A DNA stretch of 63,971 nucleotides, counting the filler, from Olpidium bornovanus S191 (Eukaryota > Fungi > Olpidiomycota): the NCBI GenBank assembly GCA_017911155.1. It is 25 parts of 25 records of this genome, joined end to end, with 100 filler letters (N's around TTAATTAATTAA, not from the genome) between each part and the next. Parts side by side here need not be neighbours in the genome. Positions count along the whole stretch, not along the records: positions 45,378 to 46,674 come from JAEFCI010005184.1; positions 46,775 to 48,537 come from JAEFCI010007797.1; positions 48,638 to 50,437 come from JAEFCI010013249.1; positions 50,538 to 58,258 come from JAEFCI010010629.1; 21 more parts are not named here. One strand, written 5' to 3'. The number at the start of each line of letters is the position of its first letter. The stretch's first letter is position 1. Of this stretch, positions 45,906 to 57,184 are shown one piece after another. Both the position numbers and the translations under genes were made by a program. The notes under the pieces are model-generated. The model worked only from the letters and a program-made list of their open reading frames with translations, did no database searches and was not told where the DNA came from.

Positions 45906-47482
45906 CCCGGCCTCCCCCCGGAACCGCGGTCTGCGCGAACTCCGCGAGAGATGGCAGCGGGGAGCAGCAAAGGAGCTGGCGACCAATATACCCCGGTGTC
46001 GTGGGAGGGCTTTCACGCCGAACGAAAATCGGAAGACGATTTATCAATTGCCAGCTGCAATCATCCTTGTTGTAAACGGCGAAAACTACTATTCTGCTGT
46101 TCCAGGCGCGCACGTTTTTTTTCTCGTCTTTTTTTCCCTTCTGTTTTCTGCTTTTTTTTGTTTGTTCTTTGTTTTGTTCCTTTTTTTTCATCCCAAGAAT
46201 TCCGTCGCATTTGTCTCTACCGTCACTCCATCGCTTTTACCCCCTCCCGGGTCTTACATTTCGGACCCAGCTTCGCGTCTGCGCTTCCCATCCCCTCCCC
46301 TCCCTCCATCCTCCCCCTCCTCCCCCGCCCCCGTGTTTTGTCCGTCGCAAAAAAAAAAAAAAAAAAAAACCGCTCCTTTCTTTGTGCGGTCGGAATTTGA
46401 ATTTGTCCGGCTCATTTTTATTCCGGGGCACACGGTCTCTTCACGCCGACAAAGGCTGTTTCCTGCTGAGGACCACAGCCGTAAGGCCGCCGCGTTGTGT
46501 TTCCCCGGCGCCGTCGGGCATTTCGACAGCCGAAAAGGGAAAGGGGGGAGGTGGAGGGAGGTTCGATCGGGAGTAGTAGAGGAATGCGTTTGTTGAGCGT
46601 TTGCGTGAAGTAATCGTAATGATGGACACTGTACTCGAAAACGCGCGGCAGTGGATCTTCAAAAAACTACCATGNNNNNNNNNNNNNNNNNNNNNNNNNN
46701 NNNNNNNNNNNNNNNNNNTTAATTAATTAANNNNNNNNNNNNNNNNNNNNNNNNNNNNNNNNNNNNNNNNNNNNCTGCCCGCCCGCCGTCCCCATCCCGC
46801 GCGTCTGAGGAGCCGCCGACGCGAGACTGCGGAGCGCGTGCGGTTTTTGCGCTGCACAGGAAATCCAGCGGCCCGCTGGAAGGGCCCTGTCGGTTGGTTG
46901 ACGCGATTGCTGCGACACAGAGTCCTCGCCATTTTTAGAAAGCGGACTCGGTGATTGGGCAGATGGGCGTTACGTGTCAGCGAAGGTGCCGACGCTGCAG
47001 CAGCGGCTGGCCAATGAGATAAGGAACGGAACGCAGGAGACCGCATCGGGTCACCGGCTGCGTCGGCCGTCACAAACTGGGCAACGCTGGCCGCTTTTAC
47101 TTTCCCGAGGCGCGTGCATCGCCGAAGAGGAGATCACTGCCTGCGCCACTCGGCGACAAATCCGTGCCGGCAGCGTTGCGAGCCGCCGAACTCATGAAAC
47201 ATATTACAGAAGCGCCGGAGGCGGCTTTGGCAAATTCGAAGCTGGATTGGTTTTGGCGACGGCTTGCCATGCGCGCGGGCGGCGTGTTCCAGAACCCCGG
47301 CGCTTGACGACCTTTGCGACGTCTGGGAGGTGTCGACAAAGAAAACGTTTGGCCCACGAATGCGCACCGGCAGCCCGTCGCAGTTCGGGGGGTCTGGACC
47401 GCGCGGTCCCTGACGAAAATGACGGCATAACCTGGCGCAGCGGCAGGGACTGGACACGCGCGCTGCCGAAGAAGGCGTCTCC

Positions 47483-47950
47483 GTGGTCGACGAAGCTGGG
47501 CCCGCTCTCAAAAGGGCAACAACTCTGATATCCCACGCAAGAAAGTCCTGGCTGTCATCCGCCAAGGCAAGCATCGAGGACCGCGTGTTACAAAACGACA
47601 AAGCGGGCGAACGTCGAGGAGCGCGGACTTGCCGGCGCCCAAGTGGGAGGTCGGGAGGCTCCATGACCTCGCTTACCTGCGCCGTCTACACGAGGTCATG
47701 CGTCAGCAAGGCATGGCGCCCCCGAAAAAGGTCGTGCGTTGACCCGTTCCCTTCTCGGCACTTTGACTTGCTGACGAACAAGCTTTCGCACGTGCCGCCG
47801 CCGAGGCTTTTTGGGAAATCAGCGTGGCAAAATGTCCGCGCCTCCGCGTTTGCCGAAGGCGAAAACATTGCAGAGGCAGATGCGGCGGATGTACAGGTTC
47901 GGGCAATTCTCCAAGGAGTTTCCGCGCGGTCCGATGCGCTCTGGCGCTGA
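47483..47950 (+). CDS. Hypothetical protein exon(s)
   Basis: 155-aa ORF of ordinary composition; no domain recognised; strand not certain. Confidence 0.25.
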   Translation: MVDEAGPALKRATTLISHARKSWLSSAKASIEDRVLQNDKAGERRGARTCRRPSGRSGGSMTSLTCAVYTRSCVSKAWRPRKRSCVDPFPSRHFDLLTNKLSHVPPPRLFGKSAWQNVRASAFAEGENIAEADAADVQVRAILQGVSARSDALWR

Positions 47951-48637
47951 ATCCCCGCAGCCACGGGCCGTTATTGAAAGCTGGGCACCGGGTGGGCGTC
48001 TCCGGAAGCAGCCTGCACGCGCTCTCTCACGGCCGCTCCATCGAGCACGAGCGACCGGCGGACTCGCTGTTCTCGTTTATGCCGTTTCCGACGGCATGGG
48101 CGCGGACCGTGACCCTCGGCAGAGCTGCGCGTTTTAAATAGGGCGGCACTTTCCAGCGCGTCGACGTGAAAATCTTTGGCCAGCAGCGAACCTTCCGAAA
48201 TCAACCACAAACGGCACACACGATACGGAGACGGCGGTTTCACCAATGGGTGACCACATGCTGCTCCTGGAAAGAAGTATTTCGGCGGAGGTTACTGGAC
48301 GGATACTGAGCCAGAGGACTGGTGTCGTTTGCTCGCAATCCCTTGCGGAAACTATTTGCGCGCCTGATTTTTTCATTTAACCGGAAATCGCGAACCCTGT
48401 TGCAGCGCGGTCGCACTGGTACTCGCACCGTCACGGTCTATCTTGCGCACGAGGCAACGTCATCTTGGCCAATGTCCCCGGTGCCGGCTCGCTGTAAAAC
48501 GTTTAAGCTGCCTGACGACGGCTACGAGCTCATGGAANNNNNNNNNNNNNNNNNNNNNNNNNNNNNNNNNNNNNNNNNNNNTTAATTAATTAANNNNNNN
48601 NNNNNNNNNNNNNNNNNNNNNNNNNNNNNNNNNNNNN

Positions 48638-48671
<34 letters not shown>

Positions 48672-49020
48672 TTTCTCTCCCTGGTTCGCGGCCCCGACAG
48701 GCATGAGGGATTTGTTCGTCCAGCGGAAAAAGTCGGCGCGCGGTCCTGTCCTCCCGTTCGCGCCAGATGAAACGCGAATTTCTCGACCGGGCAACACCCA
48801 CACGCGTTCTCGGGTGGACCACGCGCTCGCGGTCGCGCGGTGGGCAAACAGCCTGCGGAGGCGGGTTGCCTGCCACGGAGAGGAGTGGGCCTGGTGGCGT
48901 CCCTGATAGCGTCTTTCCTTTTTTTTTTTTTTTTTTTTTCTTTTTCTTTTTGTCTTTGTCTGCCTTTTCCCCCCGCGATACCGGTTCCGTTCTTCCCAGC
49001 GAAAGTCCCTCACTGGGGCC

Positions 49021-50437
49021 ATGTTCAAGCACCCTGGGTCGAGGCGCAGGGCTTTTGCCGTAAGTTCATCTCGGCCCAAACTGGCGGCACCCCGGCGCGC
49101 GTTCCGGCTGCTGTTACGGGAGGTTTCTTTTTCTTTGAAATCCTCGGCTCACGCCGCCTCTTCCCGACGTTTCGCGGTGCACTTCGCCAGCTTCTGAAAA
49201 GTCCGTCACGTCGAACGCCGCTACGCGTGCTTTGACAAACGACGAACTGCTGACAGATGTGCGTTGTGCGACAGGGGGCTCCTTCGTTCGTGAGGCTCAC
49301 GCCGCGCAGTCCGCAACAACGCCCTCGAAGCCGGGGGGGACGGTGAGCGGAGGTGTCTGCTTGTTTCGCAAAGCGCATTTGACCGCCAGCCGGCCTCTGA
49401 GACTTTTGCCGTCGCGTGCATTTGGAAGCCGCCGTCCAGGCCCACCTCAGCAGCGTACACTATCATCGACCACACTTACGATGCGGTCGTTGTCGGTGCT
49501 GGAGGTGCCGGTCTCCGAGCTGCTTTTGGCCTTGCGGAAGCGGGCTTAAACACGGCCTGCATTTCCAAACTATTTCCCACCCGCAGCCACACGGTCGCGG
49601 CTCAGGGCGGCGTGAATGCCGCCCTCGGCAACATGCACAAGGACGACTGGCGCTTCCACATGTATGACACCGTCAAGGGGAGCGACTGGCTCGGCGACCA
49701 GGATGCCATTCACTACATGTGCCGGGAGGCACCCAAGGCGGTCATCGAGCTGGAGCACTATGGCGTGCCGTTCTCGCGGACAGAAGATGGGAAGATATAC
49801 CAGCGCGCTTTCGGAGGTCAATCTATCGACTACGGCAGGGGGGCGTAAATGTCGAAGCGGCCTTTCCAAGTATGTTAGATTGAACTCTAAAGCAGCCGGT
49901 TAACAATTTGAATGGCGCGCTGCAGGTGGACAGGCGTATCGATGTGCTGCGGTCGCCGACCGCACTGGCCACTCCATGCTTCACACTCTTTACGGGCAGT
50001 CTCTCCGCTATGACACCAAGTACTTCATTGAGTACTTTGCCCTTGACTTAATCATGGATAAAGATGGTGCCTGCCGTGGTGTCATTGCCCTAAACATGGA
50101 AGATGGAACCCTGCATCGTTTTCGTTCCCACAAGACCGTGCTGGCTACTGGAGGTTACGGACGCGCGTACTTCTCGTGCACCTCTGCTCACACGTGTACC
50201 GGAGACGGTAATGCGATGGTTACTCGTGCTGGTCTCCCGCAGCAGGACCTGGAGTTTGTCCAATTCCACCCTACTGGGATATACGGTGCCGGGTGCTTGA
50301 TTACCGAAGGTACGGTCCACCCTTGATGCACCACACGTCGCAAAGTCACGGGAGTTTTGCTGAACGTATCTGAGTCCACAGGGTCTCGTGGCGAGGGTGG
50401 TTACCTCCTAAACTGCAACGGAGAGCGTTTCATGGAG
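49021..50437 (+). CDS. SDH1: Succinate dehydrogenase flavoprotein subunit, 5' part (3' truncated)
   Basis: [104 protein letters not shown]. Start at 49021 inferred from [13 protein letters not shown] followed by a GTAAGT donor. Confidence 0.98.
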
Positions 50438-50537
50438 NNNNNNNNNNNNNNNNNNNNNNNNNNNNNNNNNNNNNNNNNNNNTTAATTAATTAANNNNNNN
50501 NNNNNNNNNNNNNNNNNNNNNNNNNNNNNNNNNNNNN

Positions 50538-52027
50538 CATGCCGCGGGCGAAGCTTTCGGCGCTGCAGAGCAGCAGGTCGCGCGCGCGTTCCTCCGGCTC
50601 CATCCGCGCGAGGGCGAACCCGTGCCGGACGCCGCCTTCGACGAAGCAGACCTCGGCCGGCCGCAGCACCTCCAGCGCCGCCAGGACGATGAGCAGGTTG
50701 CCCGGGATCTGCGCCGCGCGCTGCGCGCTGATCGCCGGGTTCCCGCGCAGGAGGCGGTTCAGGTCCGCGGGGGACTTGGAGCCGAGATCCAGGCACGTGT
50801 CGCGCAGCGCGGCGGAGTCGATGGTGAAGCCGTTGATCGTGCGGAACGGGTGGTCGCGCGATGCGATGGCGATTGACCCAATCGCCCGGAAGCCCCCGCC
50901 CGCCAAGTAAAGCGTGGCGCCGTCGCAGTCCGCGTCGGTCAGCCCGGCGTCGGCCTTCGCGCGCCGGACCGCCGCGACGAGTTCTTCGAGGACGATGGAG
51001 GCAGCAGCGGCGGCGCAGGACTGGGGTCGCCCGTTGTCTGCGCGGAAGTCCGTGGGAGTTTGCTGCCTGGCAACCGAGGCTCCGCAAAACGCCGCGGCCT
51101 GCTCCAGCTTCATCGTCACGACCGCCGCGCCGTACGGTATGGATTGGGGTTTGCGCTTTTGCCTCTCGGAGGCTGCGTCGACCTCTACCGGCGCCTCGCC
51201 CGCCGACAGGTAGTTCAGTTCCAAGCTGCCCCCGCCGAGGTCCATGCTGGGCCCGGTGACGGCGCCCATAGTTGCCACCGCCCCCAGGGACGACAGCGTG
51301 GACTCGTCCTCCTTCGACAGCAGGCTTGGTTCGCGGCCGCCGGTCGCCTCCCTGATCCTCTCCTTCAGCGCGGCCGAATTCGGCGCCGTTCTGGTCGCCT
51401 CGGTGGCGATGACCCACAGCTCGGCGCCGTGCCGGCGTGCGATGGCGGCGAACCGCCGCATGGATGCGGCCACGTCGTCCAACACGGCGTCGGGGATGGG
51501 CCGGAGCGCCGGGGACCAGGCGCACGGGAATTCATCGCGGTCGTCGTCGAGCGGAGAAGGCGACGACTGCGTCGAGAGCGCGCTGGACGGGGACGCGGGC
51601 TCGCCGTTGGGAGCGCTCGCCGGCGGCCTCGCCTGCTGCGCCTCGTACAAGGATATCGCCGCGCGCTCCTCGCCCAGAACCGGGAGCTCCCGCCGCAGCG
51701 AAGCGAGCACCCCGAAGCGGATCCCGTTGGAGCCGACGTCGCAGACCGCTGCAAGGAACGGGCCGGCGGGCGTCGGAGGCGGCGGCGGCGGCGGGCGGCG
51801 GCGGCGGCGGAGCGGCGTTGGAGCGGCGGCGGAGCGGCGGCGGCGAGGCCCATTGAGAACCCGGGAGAAACGAGGTCGGGCGGTGGTCACCCGGGCGGCC
51901 GCTCCGTACCTATAGGGGTCGTCGGCCGGCTCTCGGCCGCGGCCTCCTCCGCGGCGAGCTGCCGGGCCAGGTCGTAGGGCGGCTCGGGCGGGTGTCTGGT
52001 GCGGCGGGAGGCGGAGACGGCGCTCAT
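50538..52027 (-). CDS. RTG2: Ppx/GppA-family protein, retrograde regulator Rtg2-like, 3' partial
   Basis: Exon 1 (52027-51910) splices to give PIAVCDVGSNGIRF; also ISLYEAQ, VIATEATRTAPNS, LLSKEDES, MDLGGGSLEL, YLAGGGFR. Confidence 0.88.
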
Positions 52028-53017
52028 GGTTTCTTTCCCTGGGGGGTCTGCGGGGGGGGGGGCGGAGGGGATGTCCGTGCGGGAAGACGGCGGGGAGGGG
52101 CCGGGTGCGGGTGCGGGGGTGGCCGGCGGGCGCAAGGGCGGGCAACGCAAAACGGTTGGCCGCCGGGGAGACGACGGAGACAGACGCGGAGACTCAACCG
52201 CTCGGTGCAGAATCTCCGTCCGGTTCCGGCCCTTTTCTGTAAAACATCGGCTCCCTGGCGAACACACAGGCGGCGACAGCGGGGGGACGTCGTCCCCGGC
52301 GGCGCGCGCGCTGCACACGGTTGCCGGTCGAGCCGCTCGCCCTTTTTCTTCCCGTTGTCTTTTTCTACACAACGTGTGCGTGGGTGGGTAGAAAAGGGTG
52401 CTGCGAACGGAAACGATGCGCCAGGCGGGTCGCGTGACAGAACCGGCCCTGGGTGGAGAGCCGCACCGCCCGAGGGCGCGAGCGAAAACGACAGAAAGGA
52501 CGACGTACAAGCGGCAAAAGGGGCGGTGCAGCGGTTTACCTAGGCCGCGCCCGACTCCGCCCTTGCGGCAAATCCCGCCGACGCTGCGCGTCCAATATCT
52601 AGCTCCGACAGCCTGTGTATAATCCCCACACTGCCCCCCCCCCCACCAAAAAAAAAAAAGAAAAACGTCCTATCGGTGGTAGACGTAAACTGGTATTCAA
52701 CTGAATTATCGCTTTTCACTCTGTACCCCTGGCCGTTAAACGACGGTGGCGGCTTTTTTAGCCCCTTGGGGGGTGGGCGTGGACTGCGGGTCTGAACACA
52801 TGCGTGTGGTTTCAATGAACCACCCTCCCCCCCTCATCTCTCCGAGGTCCCAGACGAAGGCTTTCATCCCCAAAATGGAGCTTTCTTCGAACGCGGGAAC
52901 CACGGGTAGATCCCCGATCCCGATCCTTTGAGCGAGCGCGAGCTGAAAATACTGCAGAGTGCCCCCTGCCGTCACGTGATAGCACAAGAGCAGCTGGGGA
53001 AGGGAAGGGCAGGGTGA

Positions 53018-53171
53018 CAAGTATCTACTTATGATCAGAAAATAAACCTCGAGCGGCGTATGTAAACGGACTTTCGCGCAACCGTATGCACAAGTATCTA
53101 CTAATGATATTGATCAGAAAATAAATCTCGAGCGGCGTTATGTAAACGGACTTTTTCGTAACCGTGTGTGT
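53018..53171. repeat. Tandem duplication of a 73/81-bp AT-rich intergenic unit
   Basis: CAAGTATCTACT..TGATCAGAAAATAAA.CTCGAGCGGCGT.ATGTAAACGGACTTT..CG.AACCGT at 53018 and 53091; CAAGTG restarts at 53172. Confidence 0.93.
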
Positions 53172-53389
53172 CAAGTGAATCCGCGGACGCAGACCTCACG
53201 GACGTTCAGCTGCTCAGGGACGGAAACAAATAAGAGGAGCGGGTGCCGTTGAATTGCTGATTACGCGGGTTTTGTAGGGGAAAAAGAGGGGCGGGGAGGA
53301 GAGGGCGGGAAGGGGAAGATCTCGGGCGGCGGCACAACCGTGATCGGCGTCTGGCCAGGCAAAATCGTTTTTGGCGAACCTTGTCGAAG

Positions 53390-54241
53390 CTAGCAGCTGA
53401 AGTCGACCTTCGCGATGGCCACCGCGCCCCTGTTGAAGGCGGGGCGGACGCCTGTCCCTGTGGCGGCGGCCGCGGCGGGGGGCTTTTCGAAAAACACGTT
53501 TACCAAGGCGATGCGGCCGCCCTCGCCCCTGGGGACCGACAGCCGCGCGACGGCCTTCTCCGCCCAGGCCAGCGCGCGGGCCACGCTGGTGCCGCAGGCG
53601 TAGGCGACGGGGACGGACTTTCGGGCGACGGGCTTGGAGTCGGCCTGGAGCGCCTGGAAGACGACGCGGCCGAAGCCGCAGGCCGAGTACTCGATTTCGG
53701 CGCTCGTCGCGGCGAGTGGGGCGGCGGTGCCGACGCCTGGATCTTGCTCCGGGAGGTCGCCGGCGTCGCCGGGCCGCGGATGTTTCGTTTTCGGCGAAAC
53801 GATCCGCTCGGAGACGGCGGGCGGGAAGGTCCCGGCGGCTGCGGCGACCTGGCCGCCGGCGACGGCTCCGCCCCGGCGCAGCGAGATCCGGATCGGACGC
53901 TCCGCGGCGGGCGCGGGCCCGCGATTAGAGACGAGGAAGGTCTCCTTGGACCGGTAGGAGTCGAAAAAGTACCCGTTGTCTACGCCGACCGCGGGGAGCA
54001 GCCCGGCCTGCGGCACCTCCTCCAGGGACCCGGCGCGGGCGAGGACGCTGCTCATGCGCCGCGTGGTCGTCGGGTCCAGGGAGAGCGGCGCGCACGCGCG
54101 GAGGGGGAGGTCGCGCGAGAAACCGGCGTCGCCGGGAGCGGCCGCGGCGAGGAGGGGAGCGAGCAGGAGCGCAGCGGCGCAGGCGAGCGAGGGGCGAGGG
54201 GCGAGGGGCCGACGCGCCGGCGGGCCGCCCGGGGCCGTCAT
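53390..54241 (-). CDS. Orphan single-exon protein with predicted signal peptide
   Basis: 283 aa with ATG and stop. Basic n-region, then SLACAAALLLAPLLAAAA hydrophobic core; folded-looking mature part (GYFFDSYRSKETFLV, EIEYSACGFGRVVF, IALVNVFFE). Confidence 0.7.
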   Translation of the reverse strand: MTAPGGPPARRPLAPRPSLACAAALLLAPLLAAAAPGDAGFSRDLPLRACAPLSLDPTTTRRMSSVLARAGSLEEVPQAGLLPAVGVDNGYFFDSYRSKETFLVSNRGPAPAAERPIRISLRRGGAVAGGQVAAAAGTFPPAVSERIVSPKTKHPRPGDAGDLPEQDPGVGTAAPLAATSAEIEYSACGFGRVVFQALQADSKPVARKSVPVAYACGTSVARALAWAEKAVARLSVPRGEGGRIALVNVFFEKPPAAAAATGTGVRPAFNRGAVAIAKVDFSC

Positions 54242-54448
54242 GTTTGCGCGTTCTGGGGACAGACGCGTGGCGAGAGCGAAGCGAGCGTGTGTGTGAGCGG
54301 GGGGTGGGGGCGGGGGGACGCGGGGGTGGCGGCGGGTGGCGGCGGGTTCTCTCTGCCTGCCCGCCCGCCTGAATGCCCGCCTGCCTGCGCTGTTTTGCTA
54401 ATTAAGGGATCGGGTTAAATAATTGGTTTAATAATCTGATCTGATAAA

Positions 54449-54558
54449 GTTAACAATTGGTTAACAATTGGTTAACAATTGGTTAACAATTGGTTAACAA
54501 TTGGTTAACAATTGGTTAACAATTGGTTAACAATTGGTTAACAATTGGTTAGCAATTG
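54449..54558. repeat. 11-bp tandem array (GTTAACAATTG) x9 perfect + 1 variant
   Basis: Read directly. The unit is two overlapping palindromes, GTTAAC and CAATTG. Decayed copies at ~54413-54430 and ~54582-54592. Confidence 0.98.
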
Positions 54559-54689
54559 GTTCAATAAAATCCGGTAGGGCTGGTTAACAAATGTCGCGCG
54601 TGTCACGGACCGCAAAAAACCCAACACGGACAAAAAAAAAAAAGAAAAAGTACGCCCGTCCGTTTCCCCCACCACGGCCTCGAACTTAC

Positions 54690-56987
54690 ATGGCACGCCC
54701 CGCCGCGCTGCTCCCGCCCGCGCGGCTCGCGTCACGCCCGTCCCCCGCCGCCGCCCGAACCTCCCGCCGGGCGGGATGCCCCTCGCTGCCCGCTTCTTGC
54801 CGCCCCCGCCTTGCGGCCTTCCCGCCCCCATCCTGCTGCCTGGTGCCGCGCGAACAGAGCGCCGGGTTGCGGGGCCCGGGCAGCGGGACGCGCGCCTGTT
54901 CCGCCGCCGCCGCCTCCTCCTCCCCTCTCGCGCGGCTGCGGGCGACAAGCGCACCCGGGACCTGCGAGACTCGCCGCCGCCCGCGGCCGTGCGCGGCCAA
55001 CCCGCCCTTGGTGGGGACGTTTCCCAACAGCAGGACGGCGGGCCGCCGGCCGCTCGGTTCACTCCGGCAAGGCGAGCGGCGCCCCGGTGACCTAGGCGGC
55101 GCCGCAAGGCCGGCTCGACAAGCGCCGCCGGTCGAGGCCGGCGCGGGTTGTTGGGCGGGAACCGAGGCCGCCGCCCCGGCCGCGGCGGGCGCCGACGGCG
55201 CGCGCGCGGTCGCGGCGAGAACGGGCGACGCGCGGACAGTTCGCGACCTGGTCGAGGGCCTCTTGGCCGCAGACTCCGATCTCCGGCACCAGAACAGCCC
55301 CGGACCCGTGGTCGATCCGGCGACGTACCGCGCCGTGTTCGCCGCCCTGGAATCGACCCGCGAGTGGGCCTGCCTGGACTGGTGGGAGACGCGCGCCAGC
55401 AGGACGGCACTGGAAAACGTCGAGGCGACGCCAGCGAAGATCCTGCTGGGCGATGATATCCGCTCTGTGCGGGGTACGATCCCGCAGAAGCAGTACGCGC
55501 GTGACCTGCATAGCGAGGCCGGCCGGCGGCGGTTGCAGGCGTCTCTCGTTGCAATGGTGAGGGGCGGCTTCCTGAACACGGCGACGATGAATTACGCTTT
55601 TGCGGAGTTGAGTAAGCGAAACGACGGTCTTGCCTTTGCCTTGGAGCTGGGCAGAGAGTTGGACGCGGAAGCTAGGCGTTTGAACGACGACCGCCTGGCG
55701 GCGACCTATCGGGCCGCCGCACGCGGCGCGCTCGTCGTCGCGGTGGCCGCGTCCGGGTTGCCGGAGAGGGCGAGGGCCATGATCGACAAGAGCGTTTCCG
55801 AGGGCTTCCCGCCGCCGGTGGACGTCTACGGGCACTACTTCCTGTCTCTGAAGACGAGCGCACGCAACGCAGACCTGGTGTACCAGGTTTTCCGGGACCA
55901 CCTCGCGGACAGGAGCACGCCGGCGACGCCGTTCGTGTGCCACTCCATGATGGAAAAATTTCTGGAGGACCCCGCGCGGATGGACGAGATCATCGCCTAC
56001 ATGCGCAGGTGGGACGTGCGGCCGACGTCCCGCACGTACGGGATGATCATCCGCACGGCGCTGCGCGCCGGCGACGAGCGGCTCGCGCTGAACGCCCTGC
56101 GGGAGCTGCAGAGCCGGCACGCGCGCGGCACGGTCACCGCGCGGCCGGACGCCTACGGCCTGGTGGCGCACCTCTACGCCACGGAGTACCGGAACCGGCG
56201 GGCGGCTCTGCGCGTGCTGGACGAGGTGCGGCGGCCGGGCGGCATCTGCCAACCGGACGCCGAGACGTACCTTCCCGCCCTGCACGCCTGGGCGTGCGTC
56301 ACCCCCGTGGACATGTCCGCGGCCGAGGACGTCGTGGAGGAGATGCGGGCGCGCGGGTTGCGCCCGACGGGCGCCCACTACGCTAAGCTGGTGACGGGCT
56401 ACGGTGTCTTCCTGGGCGACCTCGAAGAGGCGGAGCGCGTCGTCGCCGAGCGGCTGCACCGCGGCGGGGCGGGAGGCGACCCGCCCGTCCACCCGGAGCG
56501 CGCCTGGCAGGCGCTGGCCGCGGCGTACGCGCACCACCGGGACCTGCCCGCCGCCGCGAGGACGTACCGCGCGGCGGCCGGGCGCGCGGCCGCGGACGGC
56601 TCCGTGGCTCGCCCGGGCCTCGTCGGGAACTACGTCATCGCCGCCTGCGCGGCGGCCGACCCGCCCGACCTCTCCGCGGCGGCCGAAATCTTCGACGGGA
56701 TGCAGCCGCGCCCGGCGCCGCGCGTTCCCGCCCGCAACTCGGACACCTACCTCGCCATGCTGGGCGCGCACTTCCGCTCGGCCACCTTCGGCGCCGACCC
56801 CGGCGGCGTCGCCAACGCGCGCCTGCTGCACGGTGAGATGGCCCGGAAGTTTGGCGCCGACACCAAAGGGCTCCGCGCCGCGCTCGACCGCCTCCTGCGC
56901 GCGGCCGAAGCCGGGGACGACGGCGAGGTCCGCCTGTGGCTCCGGAGGCACGCGAGGCGCATTCTTAACGTCGACTCGGCGGTGTGA
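54690..56987 (+). CDS. Pentatricopeptide-repeat (PPR) protein, probably mitochondrial, intronless
   Basis: PPR-like motifs GFPPPVDVYGHYF, VRPTSRTYGMIIRTALRAGDERLALNALREL, QPDAETYLPALHAW, GLRPTGAHYAKLVTGYG..GDLEEAERV, RNSDTYLAML. R/A/S/P-rich N-terminus from ATG 54690 (alternative ATG at 54591). Confidence 0.88.
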   Translation: MARPAALLPPARLASRPSPAAARTSRRAGCPSLPASCRPRLAAFPPPSCCLVPREQSAGLRGPGSGTRACSAAAASSSPLARLRATSAPGTCETRRRPRPCAANPPLVGTFPNSRTAGRRPLGSLRQGERRPGDLGGAARPARQAPPVEAGAGCWAGTEAAAPAAAGADGARAVAARTGDARTVRDLVEGLLAADSDLRHQNSPGPVVDPATYRAVFAALESTREWACLDWWETRASRTALENVEATPAKILLGDDIRSVRGTIPQKQYARDLHSEAGRRRLQASLVAMVRGGFLNTATMNYAFAELSKRNDGLAFALELGRELDAEARRLNDDRLAATYRAAARGALVVAVAASGLPERARAMIDKSVSEGFPPPVDVYGHYFLSLKTSARNADLVYQVFRDHLADRSTPATPFVCHSMMEKFLEDPARMDEIIAYMRRWDVRPTSRTYGMIIRTALRAGDERLALNALRELQSRHARGTVTARPDAYGLVAHLYATEYRNRRAALRVLDEVRRPGGICQPDAETYLPALHAWACVTPVDMSAAEDVVEEMRARGLRPTGAHYAKLVTGYGVFLGDLEEAERVVAERLHRGGAGGDPPVHPERAWQALAAAYAHHRDLPAAARTYRAAAGRAAADGSVARPGLVGNYVIAACAAADPPDLSAAAEIFDGMQPRPAPRVPARNSDTYLAMLGAHFRSATFGADPGGVANARLLHGEMARKFGADTKGLRAALDRLLRAAEAGDDGEVRLWLRRHARRILNVDSAV

Positions 56988-57126
56988 GGAATGCAACGCC
57001 GGGTTTTTTTTATCATCCCATTTTTTTTGTTCTTCTTATTCCTCGGGCAATTTGGCCGCACACGGGCGAACCACTGCCGGAAGGGTTTGTTCGCTGCTTA
57101 GACGGTGCCGTTGCACATCAGACGTT

Positions 57127-57129
<3 letters not shown>

Positions 57130-57184
<55 letters not shown>

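Noticed and set aside
45951-46030. DQYTPVSWEGF as the N-terminus of phosphatase methylesterase PME-1
   Set aside because: No following alpha/beta-hydrolase motifs (HGGG, LDLRxHG) found in any frame; a coding region is possible but unidentifiable.
53018-54558. CRISPR-like interpretation of the 73/81-bp duplication, the 11-bp array or the 52-bp repeat
   Set aside because: No unique spacers between repeats, no cas genes, and intron-containing eukaryotic context.
55092-56996. 634-aa antisense ORF and the many other long overlapping ORFs (e.g. 5611-6672, 50482-51525, 53381-54418)
   Set aside because: Shadow ORFs expected opposite high-GC3 genes; no motifs, R/G/A/P-biased.
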